Source: Flavobacteriales bacterium
GTDB lineage: Bacteria; Bacteroidota; Bacteroidia; NORP154
Length of the DNA stretch: 37,939 bases
Assembly (NCBI GenBank): GCA_012965955.1
Contig: DTRK01000078.1
Span: forward strand, 1 to 37,939
Direction: 5' to 3'
Shown piece by piece: positions 12,001-19,785 of this stretch. Both the position numbers and the translations under genes were made by a program. The notes beneath the pieces were generated by a model. The model saw only the letters and a list, made by a program, of their open reading frames with translations. It ran no database searches and had not been told where the DNA came from. Positions within the stretch are counted from its first letter, which is position 1. Every line of letters begins with the position of its first letter.

Positions 12001-13880
12001 GCACTGGACAAACCACCCAAACCATCACAGTTGCTGGAGCTGGAGATTATCAGGTTGCAATCTCAAATGCATTTTGCCAGGACACTTCAGCTATAGTAAC
12101 CGTGGCCGTGAATGCTATCCCAACAATTGATACCTCAGCAACAATCATTGATTCCAGTAATTGCGGAAACAGCGATGGGTCAATTACGGTAATCGTGGCC
12201 AATGGCACTGGACCGTTCACGTATGAATGGACCAATAGCTCCAGTACAGTTGTGGGTGGAGACTCTGCTAAACTGGTGAACATGCCTGCGGATTCCTATA
12301 CGCTCGTAATTACAGACTCACTTGGATGTACAGCTTCAAGCACATTCACCATCAACGATATTGGCGCACCTCCAACGCCAGTCGCCTCTGCTGATGCAAG
12401 TTATTGCCAGGGCGATCCAATTGCTGATTTGACAGCTGCAGGATCAGGAGGAACGTTAATCTGGTATTCGGACGCACTGCTCACCGACTCCATTGGCACG
12501 GGATCACCATTCTCTTCAGGCGCCATAGTATCAGATACCTTTTACGTAGCAGAGACCATTGCCGGCTGTGAAGGTCTGGCAGATATGGTAATCATTACCA
12601 TTAATGCAACTCCAGCTCAACCTGTGGCAGGAGCTGACAGCACCTATTGCCAGGGAGACGTCATAGCTGATCTTACCGTTACTGGTGGTGGCGGAATTTT
12701 CACCTGGTATTCTGATCCAGCGCTAACGACTTCAATTGGAACAGGCAGCCCATTCTCATCAGGAATAACTGTTACTGATACGATCTTTGTGACCGAGGAA
12801 GTGGGAGGATGTGAGAGCATTCCAGACACGGTAATTATCACTTTCATCAACGCACCTATTGGTCTGACGACTGGAGGAGATTCCAGCTATTGCCAGGGAG
12901 ATGCAGTTGCCGATCTTACAGCAACGGGATCAGGTGGAATAATCACATGGTACTCCAACAGTGGGCTAACAGACACGGCTTTCACCGGCTCACCTTTTGC
13001 ATCAGGTGCCTTTACTGATACCACCTTTTATGTGACCGAAACCTCAAATGGATGTGCAAGTGCAACTGACTCAGTAACCCTGACCTTCACACCCCAGCCA
13101 ACGGTTGTTCTCACATCTAGTGCTGATACAATTTGTCCTGGAGGGGATGTGACACTAACAGCTAACGGAGCAGATTCATATCTATGGAGCACGGGTGATA
13201 CTGCTGTATCTATAACTGTCAGTCCGATTATAAATACTGTCTACACCGTAATTGGAATGACAATGGCTGGATGCACGAGCGCAGCGGATACAACAACGGT
13301 AAGCATAAGCGCTGGAGGAGTAGTTGCCGGATTTACGGCCAATCCAACCACTGGAAGCATTCCTTTGGACGTTGCGTTCACGGATACTAGCATCGGAGCA
13401 GTATCATGGGCTTGGGATTTCTCTTATGACAGCATATTCTTCAATACTGAATCAACCGACCAGAATCCAAATTACACATACACTACCGGAGGAAATTTTC
13501 AAATAATCCTGGTAGCCTCTGACGCCAATGGTTGTTCTGATACGGCATCGATGACCCTGAACTTGGATATAACCGAGGAAGTCTTTATACCAAACTTATT
13601 CACCCCGAATGGAGATAACAGTAATGATGTTCTTTATGTGCGGGGAAATGGAATCGACGATCTGTTGCTGATAATCTATGACCGCTGGGGCGAGAAGGTA
13701 TATGAGGGCGCATACTCTCAGGCATGGGCCTTGGAAGACACATATCCCACGGGTATAGGTTGGGATGGTACATTCAATGATCAGCCGATGAACCCAGCTG
13801 TGTTTGTATATGTTCTAACAGGGACATTTATAAGTGGTGAAGCGATCGATCAGAAGGGAAACATAACATTAGTTAGATGA
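9057..13880 (+). CDS. Large adhesin-like protein with T9SS type-B (gliding motility-associated, CHU_C) CTD: N-terminal beta-propeller, PKD-like/Ig-like stalk, one SprB repeat, PKD
   Basis: TTG start; signal peptide ending CLA|QQ; QTxDGGYIxxG propeller blades; five PKD-like units; three YCQGDxxADLT Ig units; PKD FTANPTTG..PLDVAFTD..WAWDF; CTD FIPNLFTPNGD..IYDRWGEKVY..WDGT..GNITLVR. Confidence 0.92.
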   Translation: MRSPLSKKSSFLTFLLYLIYQVCLAQQVSFQVSYDVGLLDLFANVKQTNDNGYIIGGSPVSFLPLGGLIKTDTAGAVVWAKTYDEGFLGPAYSISDVQQTIDGGYIATGQIGNGVMLMKTNATGSVTFTKRFGGSDTDYGSVVKQTSDGGYIIAGSSFSFSSKDSANFYLLKTNSSGTLLWDKVYQISTIDDENGIALEELVDGYLVAGSTPQVFGSDTTRDAVLIKTNLNGDVTWARTYGSDTYSEEIYDVKLISTNEILISGYTTEPSTGSVSDVFIMKTDTTGSVTYSTSYNIGFEDLPYSVQETSDGGFAAMGWTITNLFPLTIKTFLLKTSNTGTVQISMQYGAGIGSIFGKGEQTSDGGYVLGSMQGNTSWDFHLYKTDNTGSTVCNQTSTSASQNAYVPPATTPGVSTFSGGSTSNRSASANNVTPTTTVLCINAPCSPAPDPTLTITDANVCLSETGVIYTTQSGFDSYTWTVTGGTIASGQGTNSITVDWGTGPSGTVDLLIDSSGCAGNLITENVSIADPAPTLSATDTDVCEGETSVTYTTQTGFTTYTWIVAGGTIASGSGTNSITVDWGSPGAGTVNLTVVDAFGCTGSLSATENVTINASPTPTLTVSDTVVCEGQIGVTYTTQSGFSTYTWTIGGGTIASGSGTNSITVDWGTGGGGTVDLTVIDANGCSGSLSATQSILINPSPNPTLIIFDTIACENQTGVVFTTQSFYTAYIWSITGGAVSSGVGTDSVNADWFSPGGGTIFLTVVDTNGCSGSLSSPQSIVISANPAPTLSVSDTAVCENETGLIYTTQAGYTTYTWTVSGGSIVSGAGTNSITVNWGTSGGGTVDLTVDSNGCSGSLSATETVNIYAAPTANITPSDSTNFCTGDSVQLMSDTATTYFWLLNGGSTGLTSPGIYVTVAGDYQVIVTNTAGCPDTSSITTVIENPSPIANIIVLGSTTFCSDDSVILQADTALTYLWFLNGISTGQTTQTITVAGAGDYQVAISNAFCQDTSAIVTVAVNAIPTIDTSATIIDSSNCGNSDGSITVIVANGTGPFTYEWTNSSSTVVGGDSAKLVNMPADSYTLVITDSLGCTASSTFTINDIGAPPTPVASADASYCQGDPIADLTAAGSGGTLIWYSDALLTDSIGTGSPFSSGAIVSDTFYVAETIAGCEGLADMVIITINATPAQPVAGADSTYCQGDVIADLTVTGGGGIFTWYSDPALTTSIGTGSPFSSGITVTDTIFVTEEVGGCESIPDTVIITFINAPIGLTTGGDSSYCQGDAVADLTATGSGGIITWYSNSGLTDTAFTGSPFASGAFTDTTFYVTETSNGCASATDSVTLTFTPQPTVVLTSSADTICPGGDVTLTANGADSYLWSTGDTAVSITVSPIINTVYTVIGMTMAGCTSAADTTTVSISAGGVVAGFTANPTTGSIPLDVAFTDTSIGAVSWAWDFSYDSIFFNTESTDQNPNYTYTTGGNFQIILVASDANGCSDTASMTLNLDITEEVFIPNLFTPNGDNSNDVLYVRGNGIDDLLLIIYDRWGEKVYEGAYSQAWALEDTYPTGIGWDGTFNDQPMNPAVFVYVLTGTFISGEAIDQKGNITLVR
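10400..11660 (+). repeat. Five tandem PKD-like repeats (~84 aa); boundaries approximate
   Basis: Consensus PTLxxxDTxVCExxTGVxYTTQxGxxxYTWxxxGGTIxSGxGTNSITVDWG seen five times. Confidence 0.85.
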
Positions 13881-14947
13881 TGAATTTGACAAGTTGTTCG
13901 CTAAACCGTCTTATGACGATTGTTGTAATAATATTCTTAGTTCTTCCTTTTACCATAAGCCGAGCTCAAGACTACCATTTCTCGCAATATAGCTCTACCC
14001 CTCTTGCTATCAACCCAGCTTATGCTGGAACATATGGAGGTACACACCGCATCATCTTGAATTATAAGGACCAGTGGAAAGCGTTTGGAGCCCCTTATAA
14101 AACGTATGCCTTTTCTTATGATTTTGTCTTGTTTAAAGATAAGTGGGATAATATGACCCTGGCTGGAGGCCTGCTCTTAACCCAAGACGAAGCTGGATAT
14201 ACTAATTTCAGAAACACCAATGTATCGCTTACCGCAGCGAGCATGATAAAGCTGAATGATCACCATGCGGCGTCAGCAGGTTTACAAGGTGGTTTTGCTC
14301 AGCGATCAATTGACTTAACGGAGGCTACTACGGATAATCAATTCGATAATGGCACTTATAGTTCAACCAACAATCTTGGTGAAACGAATTCATTCGGGAG
14401 TCAGTCAAACGGAGATTTCACTGCTGGAGTGTCCTGGATGTTTACCAAGAACACCAAAAATAGATTTGCAGAAGACCAGATCAAGGCTCGCATTGGTATT
14501 GCACTGTATCACTTAAACAGGCCGCCGCAAGAGTTCTATGATCTCAATGACAGCAGACTCTATTCCAAATTCAGTATCAACGGGGAAGGGTATATTGGAC
14601 TTAAAGGATCGCGTTTAGGCTTGGTTCCGTCATTCTTATTCGCAAATCAAGGTCCCACAAAGGAAATCCTGGTCGGTTCTATGTTTCGATATCGAATTAA
14701 AGAAGGCGGAATTACCAAGGGATTACCTCAGGAGGCAGGTGTGGCTATTGGTGGTTATGCGAGATTTGGTGATGCATTCATCCCAGCATTTACGCTTGAG
14801 ATTGCCAATTTTGTTTTGGGAATTTCTTACGATGTAAATATGTCTGACCTCAAAACTTCTACAGGTGGACAAGGTGGCCTAGAGGTATCTCTCAAGTTTG
14901 TCAATCCCAATCCATTCATTAGAGCCAAAACTTCGACTCTGCTCTAG
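13877..14947 (+). CDS. PorP/SprF family type IX secretion system outer-membrane protein
   Basis: QDYHFSQY...INPAYAG, NYKDQW, GISYDVNMSDL, GGLEVSL; overlaps the stop of the type-B CTD gene (ATGA), the established type-B cargo/PorP-SprF pairing. Confidence 0.93.
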   Translation: MMNLTSCSLNRLMTIVVIIFLVLPFTISRAQDYHFSQYSSTPLAINPAYAGTYGGTHRIILNYKDQWKAFGAPYKTYAFSYDFVLFKDKWDNMTLAGGLLLTQDEAGYTNFRNTNVSLTAASMIKLNDHHAASAGLQGGFAQRSIDLTEATTDNQFDNGTYSSTNNLGETNSFGSQSNGDFTAGVSWMFTKNTKNRFAEDQIKARIGIALYHLNRPPQEFYDLNDSRLYSKFSINGEGYIGLKGSRLGLVPSFLFANQGPTKEILVGSMFRYRIKEGGITKGLPQEAGVAIGGYARFGDAFIPAFTLEIANFVLGISYDVNMSDLKTSTGGQGGLEVSLKFVNPNPFIRAKTSTLL

Positions 14948-14959
14948 GTATCGCAATTC

Positions 14960-15444
14960 AGATATTCCTTGCCAGGTTTAGCACGTTCCCCAGTTCATTT
15001 TCGGAGCTAATGGATAACGGTTGCACATTCATCACAGAGTATAGGTTGGATCGACCTCTGCCGCCAACTTTTTGAAATTGAGATTACTATAACTGTCATG
15101 CTGCAAATATCCCAATCCGGTCATTTGGCAGATCCTCTAAAAACCTGAAATTGCTGTCTTCCGGATCAAGGTATAACTATTCCATTTCCCGGGTCTTAAT
15201 TTTAATACTTGATCTTCCGTCTTCAGGAATGCCATATACGCAATCTATTTGATACACTTGGTTGTCGATGCCCTCGCTCATCTCAAATTTGGCATTTGTT
15301 TTAAACGTATTCTGTTGGCCAGCTTTAGATTCCAACACTGCGCGAAGAATTATTAAAATTGTTTTGTAATAATTAAGAGAAATATCACCGTATATACTCC
15401 ATAAGAGCATAGAAGCAGGATGGATTACTGAGCTGTTCAATCAT
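14960..15444 (-). pseudogene. Possible decayed gene remnant downstream of the aminopeptidase
   Basis: ATG at 15444 directly follows the aminopeptidase TAG but stops after 19 codons. The 87-aa frame 15440..15177 reads on past its TAG (LYLDPEDSNFRFLEDLPNDRIGIFAA). No family recognised. Confidence 0.3.
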
Positions 15445-16482
15445 CTACTTTGCAAACGACTCTTTCAAGTAGGTGAGGTATTTCGAAAAATCGCCAGCAA
15501 AACTGCTATCAAATTCTTCCTGGAACATGTTCTGCTTTCCCCGATAGCGTTTGAAACTCATAAAATAAGTGTTGTTGGGTATATAATCCAGGTCCAGGAG
15601 ATAGGAATAACTATCGCTCCCATGAAAGGAAATAGTATCAGAACTTTGCAGAATTGACCTGATGAGTTCATTCTTGAGTGCCCTCTTTTTTCCCTCAGGG
15701 TATGACGCTCCCACAAAGCCTCTATAAAGTTCTTCAAGAAGGGCGGTGCCCCTTGTCATGTGATCACTGTATTTCTCTATGTCATTCAGGGCTCCTATAT
15801 ATCGCTCCAGCTCGATTGAATTCTCCCCAAACTTGTGCTTCATGAATACTATTGCACCATTGTCACCAACGAAGGTAGCCAGGTTTTCATTGAATGCATC
15901 CTCCCCTTTCACATAAAGGGTTCCATGGGTCAGCTCATGAATGACCAGCCTAGCCAATCCCCCTGACGACTTCCTTAACATATTGGATAGGATAGGGTCA
16001 TTGAAGAAACCCAAGGTGGACCAGGCGTTGACGGCACCGAGATCCGTGTCAAAGTCCAGGGCTATTAGCTCCTCCTCTTCCCTAAGCGCTTTCTCCTTGA
16101 CAAAAAATCCTTTATACCCGAGTCCTCCCAGGAACGGAAAATACCATTCGTATTGCTCCAACTCAAAAGGTTTGGCGGCTGTGAGGACCCACAGCGCTGG
16201 TTCCCCTTTCTGGTCATATAATTTCTTGTAACTCTCCGAGTTATTGAGTCCCAGTGAATCTATCGCGAACTCCCGTATCTCCTGAATGAGACGCAACTTC
16301 ACCTTTTGATCCTCCGGATAATCAGGATCATCTAACAGCTCATTAATAGGAACGGCATCGTAAAGAATATGGAACTGTCCTATCCCCTGGTGGATTCCAT
16401 ACTCAATCAAGTCTCCATACAGCAAACCGCCAATCAGAGAGACCAGCAGTGCCGCATAGATGAACTTATTCCGTCTTCTCAT
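15445..16482 (-). CDS. Putative zinc aminopeptidase (Aminopep family)
   Basis: N-terminal anchor; W.FPFLGGLGYKGFF, AWSTLGFFNDPILS, IHELTH (HExxH), FNENLATFVG, NNTYF. Confidence 0.88.
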   Translation of the reverse strand: MRRRNKFIYAALLVSLIGGLLYGDLIEYGIHQGIGQFHILYDAVPINELLDDPDYPEDQKVKLRLIQEIREFAIDSLGLNNSESYKKLYDQKGEPALWVLTAAKPFELEQYEWYFPFLGGLGYKGFFVKEKALREEEELIALDFDTDLGAVNAWSTLGFFNDPILSNMLRKSSGGLARLVIHELTHGTLYVKGEDAFNENLATFVGDNGAIVFMKHKFGENSIELERYIGALNDIEKYSDHMTRGTALLEELYRGFVGASYPEGKKRALKNELIRSILQSSDTISFHGSDSYSYLLDLDYIPNNTYFMSFKRYRGKQNMFQEEFDSSFAGDFSKYLTYLKESFAK

Positions 16483-16486
16483 AGAA

Positions 16487-18007
16487 CTACGGATCTATAA
16501 TCCTTCCCCGCACCTGGGGTAAAGAAACAGCGGCTTCTTCACTGACCACACCATCCGCAAAGTCTTGCACCTGGCTCAATCCAACAAGTTCGAGATCCAC
16601 AAAATCAGATCGATTGAGCATGGTTCCCTTTTTTTTCAGCTTGACCAGGAACATTCTATCAATAACCTCGAATGCGTAAATAGGGGAATTGGGAATGAAC
16701 ACATACCAGGAGGTATCGCCTTTCAAAACAATCCTCCGAACCAGTACACCTGATACAGGTAAAGATTGCTGAAATGACTCAAGTTCCGCATCCCCGCTGG
16801 GATCACATGTGACATATATCGTTTCACCAGTATAATTCTCACTTTGCCCAATTTTGGGAATCAAAAAGGCCATTATGTTTTTCGGCATTTGTATGGGAGC
16901 GATATATCCTTGAATCAATTTGAAGTTCTCGAAGCTGACTGCCAGATACAGGACCATGTAAACATTGAACAACCATGACTGTATAAGAAAATGATTGGCG
17001 GCACTCTTTCCGTAGAGCAAGAAATAGGCGATATATGCCACATTGAAGATTGCTACCAGGCCCAATATGATCTTGTACTTGAACGAGGAGCTGTTCAACC
17101 TGACTGTCCGGTCAAAGAAAGATGATATGTTTATAAGATTGTTCTTCATTGTTACCCACAGGTGAATGCAGAACAATAGAAAGAGTGTCGTGATCAGGTA
17201 AAACTGCTGCGCAATTGGGTTGATGAGCCAGAAATCATAAAACCCATGACCCAAAGCGGCAAGCGCGAGAAAGATCGGGAGGGCATAATTCTTCCAGGCA
17301 TAGTTCCGGTGCTTCGCAATTGCCATACCGTAGCATATAATGGAGGTGAAGAACATATGAGCAACAGATGCGTAAAGGGCCCTTCCGTACACAGCAGTGA
17401 GGTTACTCCCGTAGATGTACTGGATATTCTCTATAAACGCGAATCCCAAGGCGGAAACCGAACCATACAAGATATAATCAAATGGTTCGTCCACCTGATC
17501 TGTAACTTTCAGTATTATCAAGAATGGAATAATTTTAACGATCTCTTCTACCAGGCCAATGGCAATTACACAATACCACCAGTCGTTCCAGAAGTTTCCG
17601 TTCAGTTCAAAATTCAGTGATTGCTCAATAGCGTCTGTCATCGGATACACCAGGAAGATGGTCGCACAGGACATCAGGAAAGTCCAGAAGATAAAAATCA
17701 GGCGCTCGTGCTCAAAGATATCCAGCCATGTCAGGTATTGGTACCACATCAGGGAAATTGCAAAAGACAGCAACACGCTTATTACATATAGTGTCTCATC
17801 CCCACCAGTATCCAGTGATCGTCCAAATGTTGAGAAATTCACATATAAGAGCGGCAATATTACGAGGATGGCAAACCACAAGGTCTCATAAAATTTCTCT
17901 GATGCAAGGAAAGTATCCAGCTCTCCTGCCTTCTTCCAGGCCCCGATAAGGTCTCTGAACCAGTACTGTACAAACAACAAAGAAATAGCGATTGTGAGAA
18001 ACCCCAT
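16487..18007 (-). CDS. prsW: PrsW family intramembrane metalloprotease with extra N-terminal helices and a soluble C-terminal domain
   Basis: GLVEEIVK, YGSVSALGFAFIENIQY, AHMFFT, HGFYDF in a multi-pass hydrophobic protein. Confidence 0.88.
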   Translation of the reverse strand: MGFLTIAISLLFVQYWFRDLIGAWKKAGELDTFLASEKFYETLWFAILVILPLLYVNFSTFGRSLDTGGDETLYVISVLLSFAISLMWYQYLTWLDIFEHERLIFIFWTFLMSCATIFLVYPMTDAIEQSLNFELNGNFWNDWWYCVIAIGLVEEIVKIIPFLIILKVTDQVDEPFDYILYGSVSALGFAFIENIQYIYGSNLTAVYGRALYASVAHMFFTSIICYGMAIAKHRNYAWKNYALPIFLALAALGHGFYDFWLINPIAQQFYLITTLFLLFCIHLWVTMKNNLINISSFFDRTVRLNSSSFKYKIILGLVAIFNVAYIAYFLLYGKSAANHFLIQSWLFNVYMVLYLAVSFENFKLIQGYIAPIQMPKNIMAFLIPKIGQSENYTGETIYVTCDPSGDAELESFQQSLPVSGVLVRRIVLKGDTSWYVFIPNSPIYAFEVIDRMFLVKLKKKGTMLNRSDFVDLELVGLSQVQDFADGVVSEEAAVSLPQVRGRIIDP

Positions 18008-18208
18008 AAAGCTGGTCTTAATCTTTCTTAAAAGTATAGAAATTTAGCTGAACAACGCAGCCGTATGTGGATCTAAAAACAACCCAAGCCACCTTGTGTT
18101 TTACCGTTTTCTACCATACGATCCTGAGATGCTCTTATGAGTTAATATAACCTGGCGTATGAAACCTTAATATATTAGTTTACGTCTTAAGAGACAAATA
18201 CAATAACA

Positions 18209-19003
18209 ATGAAGTATCCACAAGTTAGCCGTTATCTCTTTTTTATTGCGCTAACACTCTTTAGCTGCGGGAAAGACCCCGAAAATGTGCCCGGCCCTTC
18301 ATCTTTGAGTAATGAACCAGCAGAAATCATGGTGGTAATGCTGGACTCCATTCCCGATGGTTCCGGGTACACCTATATCGCTGTACCAACGGGGACAGGG
18401 CCGTTCCCAGCAATATTATACAACCACGGTGGCCTGGGCCCGAATGTTGGAGGTAATTTAAGAGAAACAGCAAGGGCACTGGCCGAAGCAGGATATGTTG
18501 CCAGATCAGAAAAACGGGCAGAAACGTTCCCTATTGCGGGTCACCTCGTAGAAGTGGAACAAGCCTTTGCCGATCTCAAAGCTCACCCTGATGTGGATAT
18601 CCAACGAATGGGAATGATTGGTTTTTCCAGAGGGGGACTATTGACCTTACAAGCTGGAATTATCCATTCAGACGAGTTGTGTGCAACAGTGTGCATGGCT
18701 CCCGCAGCAGCGGGGATAGAACTGAGCAATACGCTTGCCGACGTTTCGATGTTCAACGACTCTTTACTGATAATGGTGGCTTTGAACGACTTGTATCAAG
18801 CCAATCATGTGCAGCTTGCGCAGGATGTGCAAAACGCCATGGTGGCAGCAAGCAAAAATTCAAGGTTGGTTCAGTATCTTGAGTTCGATGCCAACTTCGA
18901 TAGCATTATCGATTCTAACGATGATGGACACGAGCTTTTTTGGGAAGTTCGTGAACCTTACTGGTCAGATTTAATACAATTTCTGGACAGACAGCTCAAA
19001 TAA
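18209..19003 (+). CDS. Dienelactone hydrolase-like alpha/beta hydrolase lipoprotein
   Basis: Lipobox LFS|C; GPFPAILYNHGG; nucleophile elbow GFSRGG; candidate acid in ALND and His in GHELF. Confidence 0.85.
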   Translation: MKYPQVSRYLFFIALTLFSCGKDPENVPGPSSLSNEPAEIMVVMLDSIPDGSGYTYIAVPTGTGPFPAILYNHGGLGPNVGGNLRETARALAEAGYVARSEKRAETFPIAGHLVEVEQAFADLKAHPDVDIQRMGMIGFSRGGLLTLQAGIIHSDELCATVCMAPAAAGIELSNTLADVSMFNDSLLIMVALNDLYQANHVQLAQDVQNAMVAASKNSRLVQYLEFDANFDSIIDSNDDGHELFWEVREPYWSDLIQFLDRQLK

Positions 19004-19035
19004 CGTGACTGACGCCTGAGCCCCGAGTTAGTTAA

Positions 19036-19740
19036 CTAGTCAAAATATGCCATGTATTTCAAGCCGTTGTCCACGTATTTAGGGTCATGGGTTGTCGGAA
19101 TGCCATTTTTGGGGTAGGTGTTACCGGTATTGTGGTAATGGAAGGCATCCTTGTAGCGCTTCTTCCTCAGGAGATGCCCATATTCCAGCTTTATCCACTT
19201 GGCTCCCCAGTCCAGCGCATCGTCTCCTCTTAAGTCTTTCACTTTCACCTCCAGATGCAAGCACTTATAGCCCATCAGTTGGAAAGGCCCCCAGGATTTT
19301 GCTAAATTCTTGAGCGCATCATCAGGTGCATCTGCGATCATCTCATGCGTGATCATCTCAAATGTTCTGCCTTTTTGATCTCTCACTTTTTTGAGCTTTT
19401 TGAAAACGTGACGTTCATATCTGGGCTGTACAGGCTTCTTTCCGGAGCACTCCAACACAATCAGCGCCTTTAGATAGGATGCAGGCAGCCCGTATTTTTC
19501 AGCAGCCTTTTCAACCCCGCTGCCATAATTTGATTCGGTCAATTTGAAAGCGCTCATCGTAGTTCGCCCCCCCTTCTTGAAATATGCTCTCAGGTATTTT
19601 TCAGCCTTGTCCGCATAATGACGCACGGTTGTACTGTCTTTCACGAAATAGACACCCACACCCATGGCCCCAAACAAGAGAATAGTGATCAGGCAACCGA
19701 TCGTGCTGACGCGCTTTTTCCTTCTTCTTCTCTTAGCCAT
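19036..19740 (-). CDS. Membrane-anchored N-acetylmuramidase (DUF3380-like lysozyme fold)
   Basis: Polybasic N-terminus plus one TM helix; LKALIVLECSG (candidate catalytic Glu), RYERHVF, SWGPFQLMGY, AFHYHNTG. Confidence 0.72.
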   Translation of the reverse strand: MAKRRRRKKRVSTIGCLITILLFGAMGVGVYFVKDSTTVRHYADKAEKYLRAYFKKGGRTTMSAFKLTESNYGSGVEKAAEKYGLPASYLKALIVLECSGKKPVQPRYERHVFKKLKKVRDQKGRTFEMITHEMIADAPDDALKNLAKSWGPFQLMGYKCLHLEVKVKDLRGDDALDWGAKWIKLEYGHLLRKKRYKDAFHYHNTGNTYPKNGIPTTHDPKYVDNGLKYMAYFD

Positions 19741-19785
19741 AAATAATAATTCAAGTGAATACGCTCAACAAAGATGGCGATTTTA

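Noticed and set aside
6448-13100. Repetitive DNA resembling an array or DGR-type repeats
   Set aside because: Explained by diverged in-frame SprB/PKD/Ig protein repeats; no constant repeat-spacer pattern and no cas or reverse transcriptase gene
19036-19740. Prophage suggested by the endolysin-like gene
   Set aside because: No holin, structural, terminase or integrase genes; neighbours are housekeeping genes
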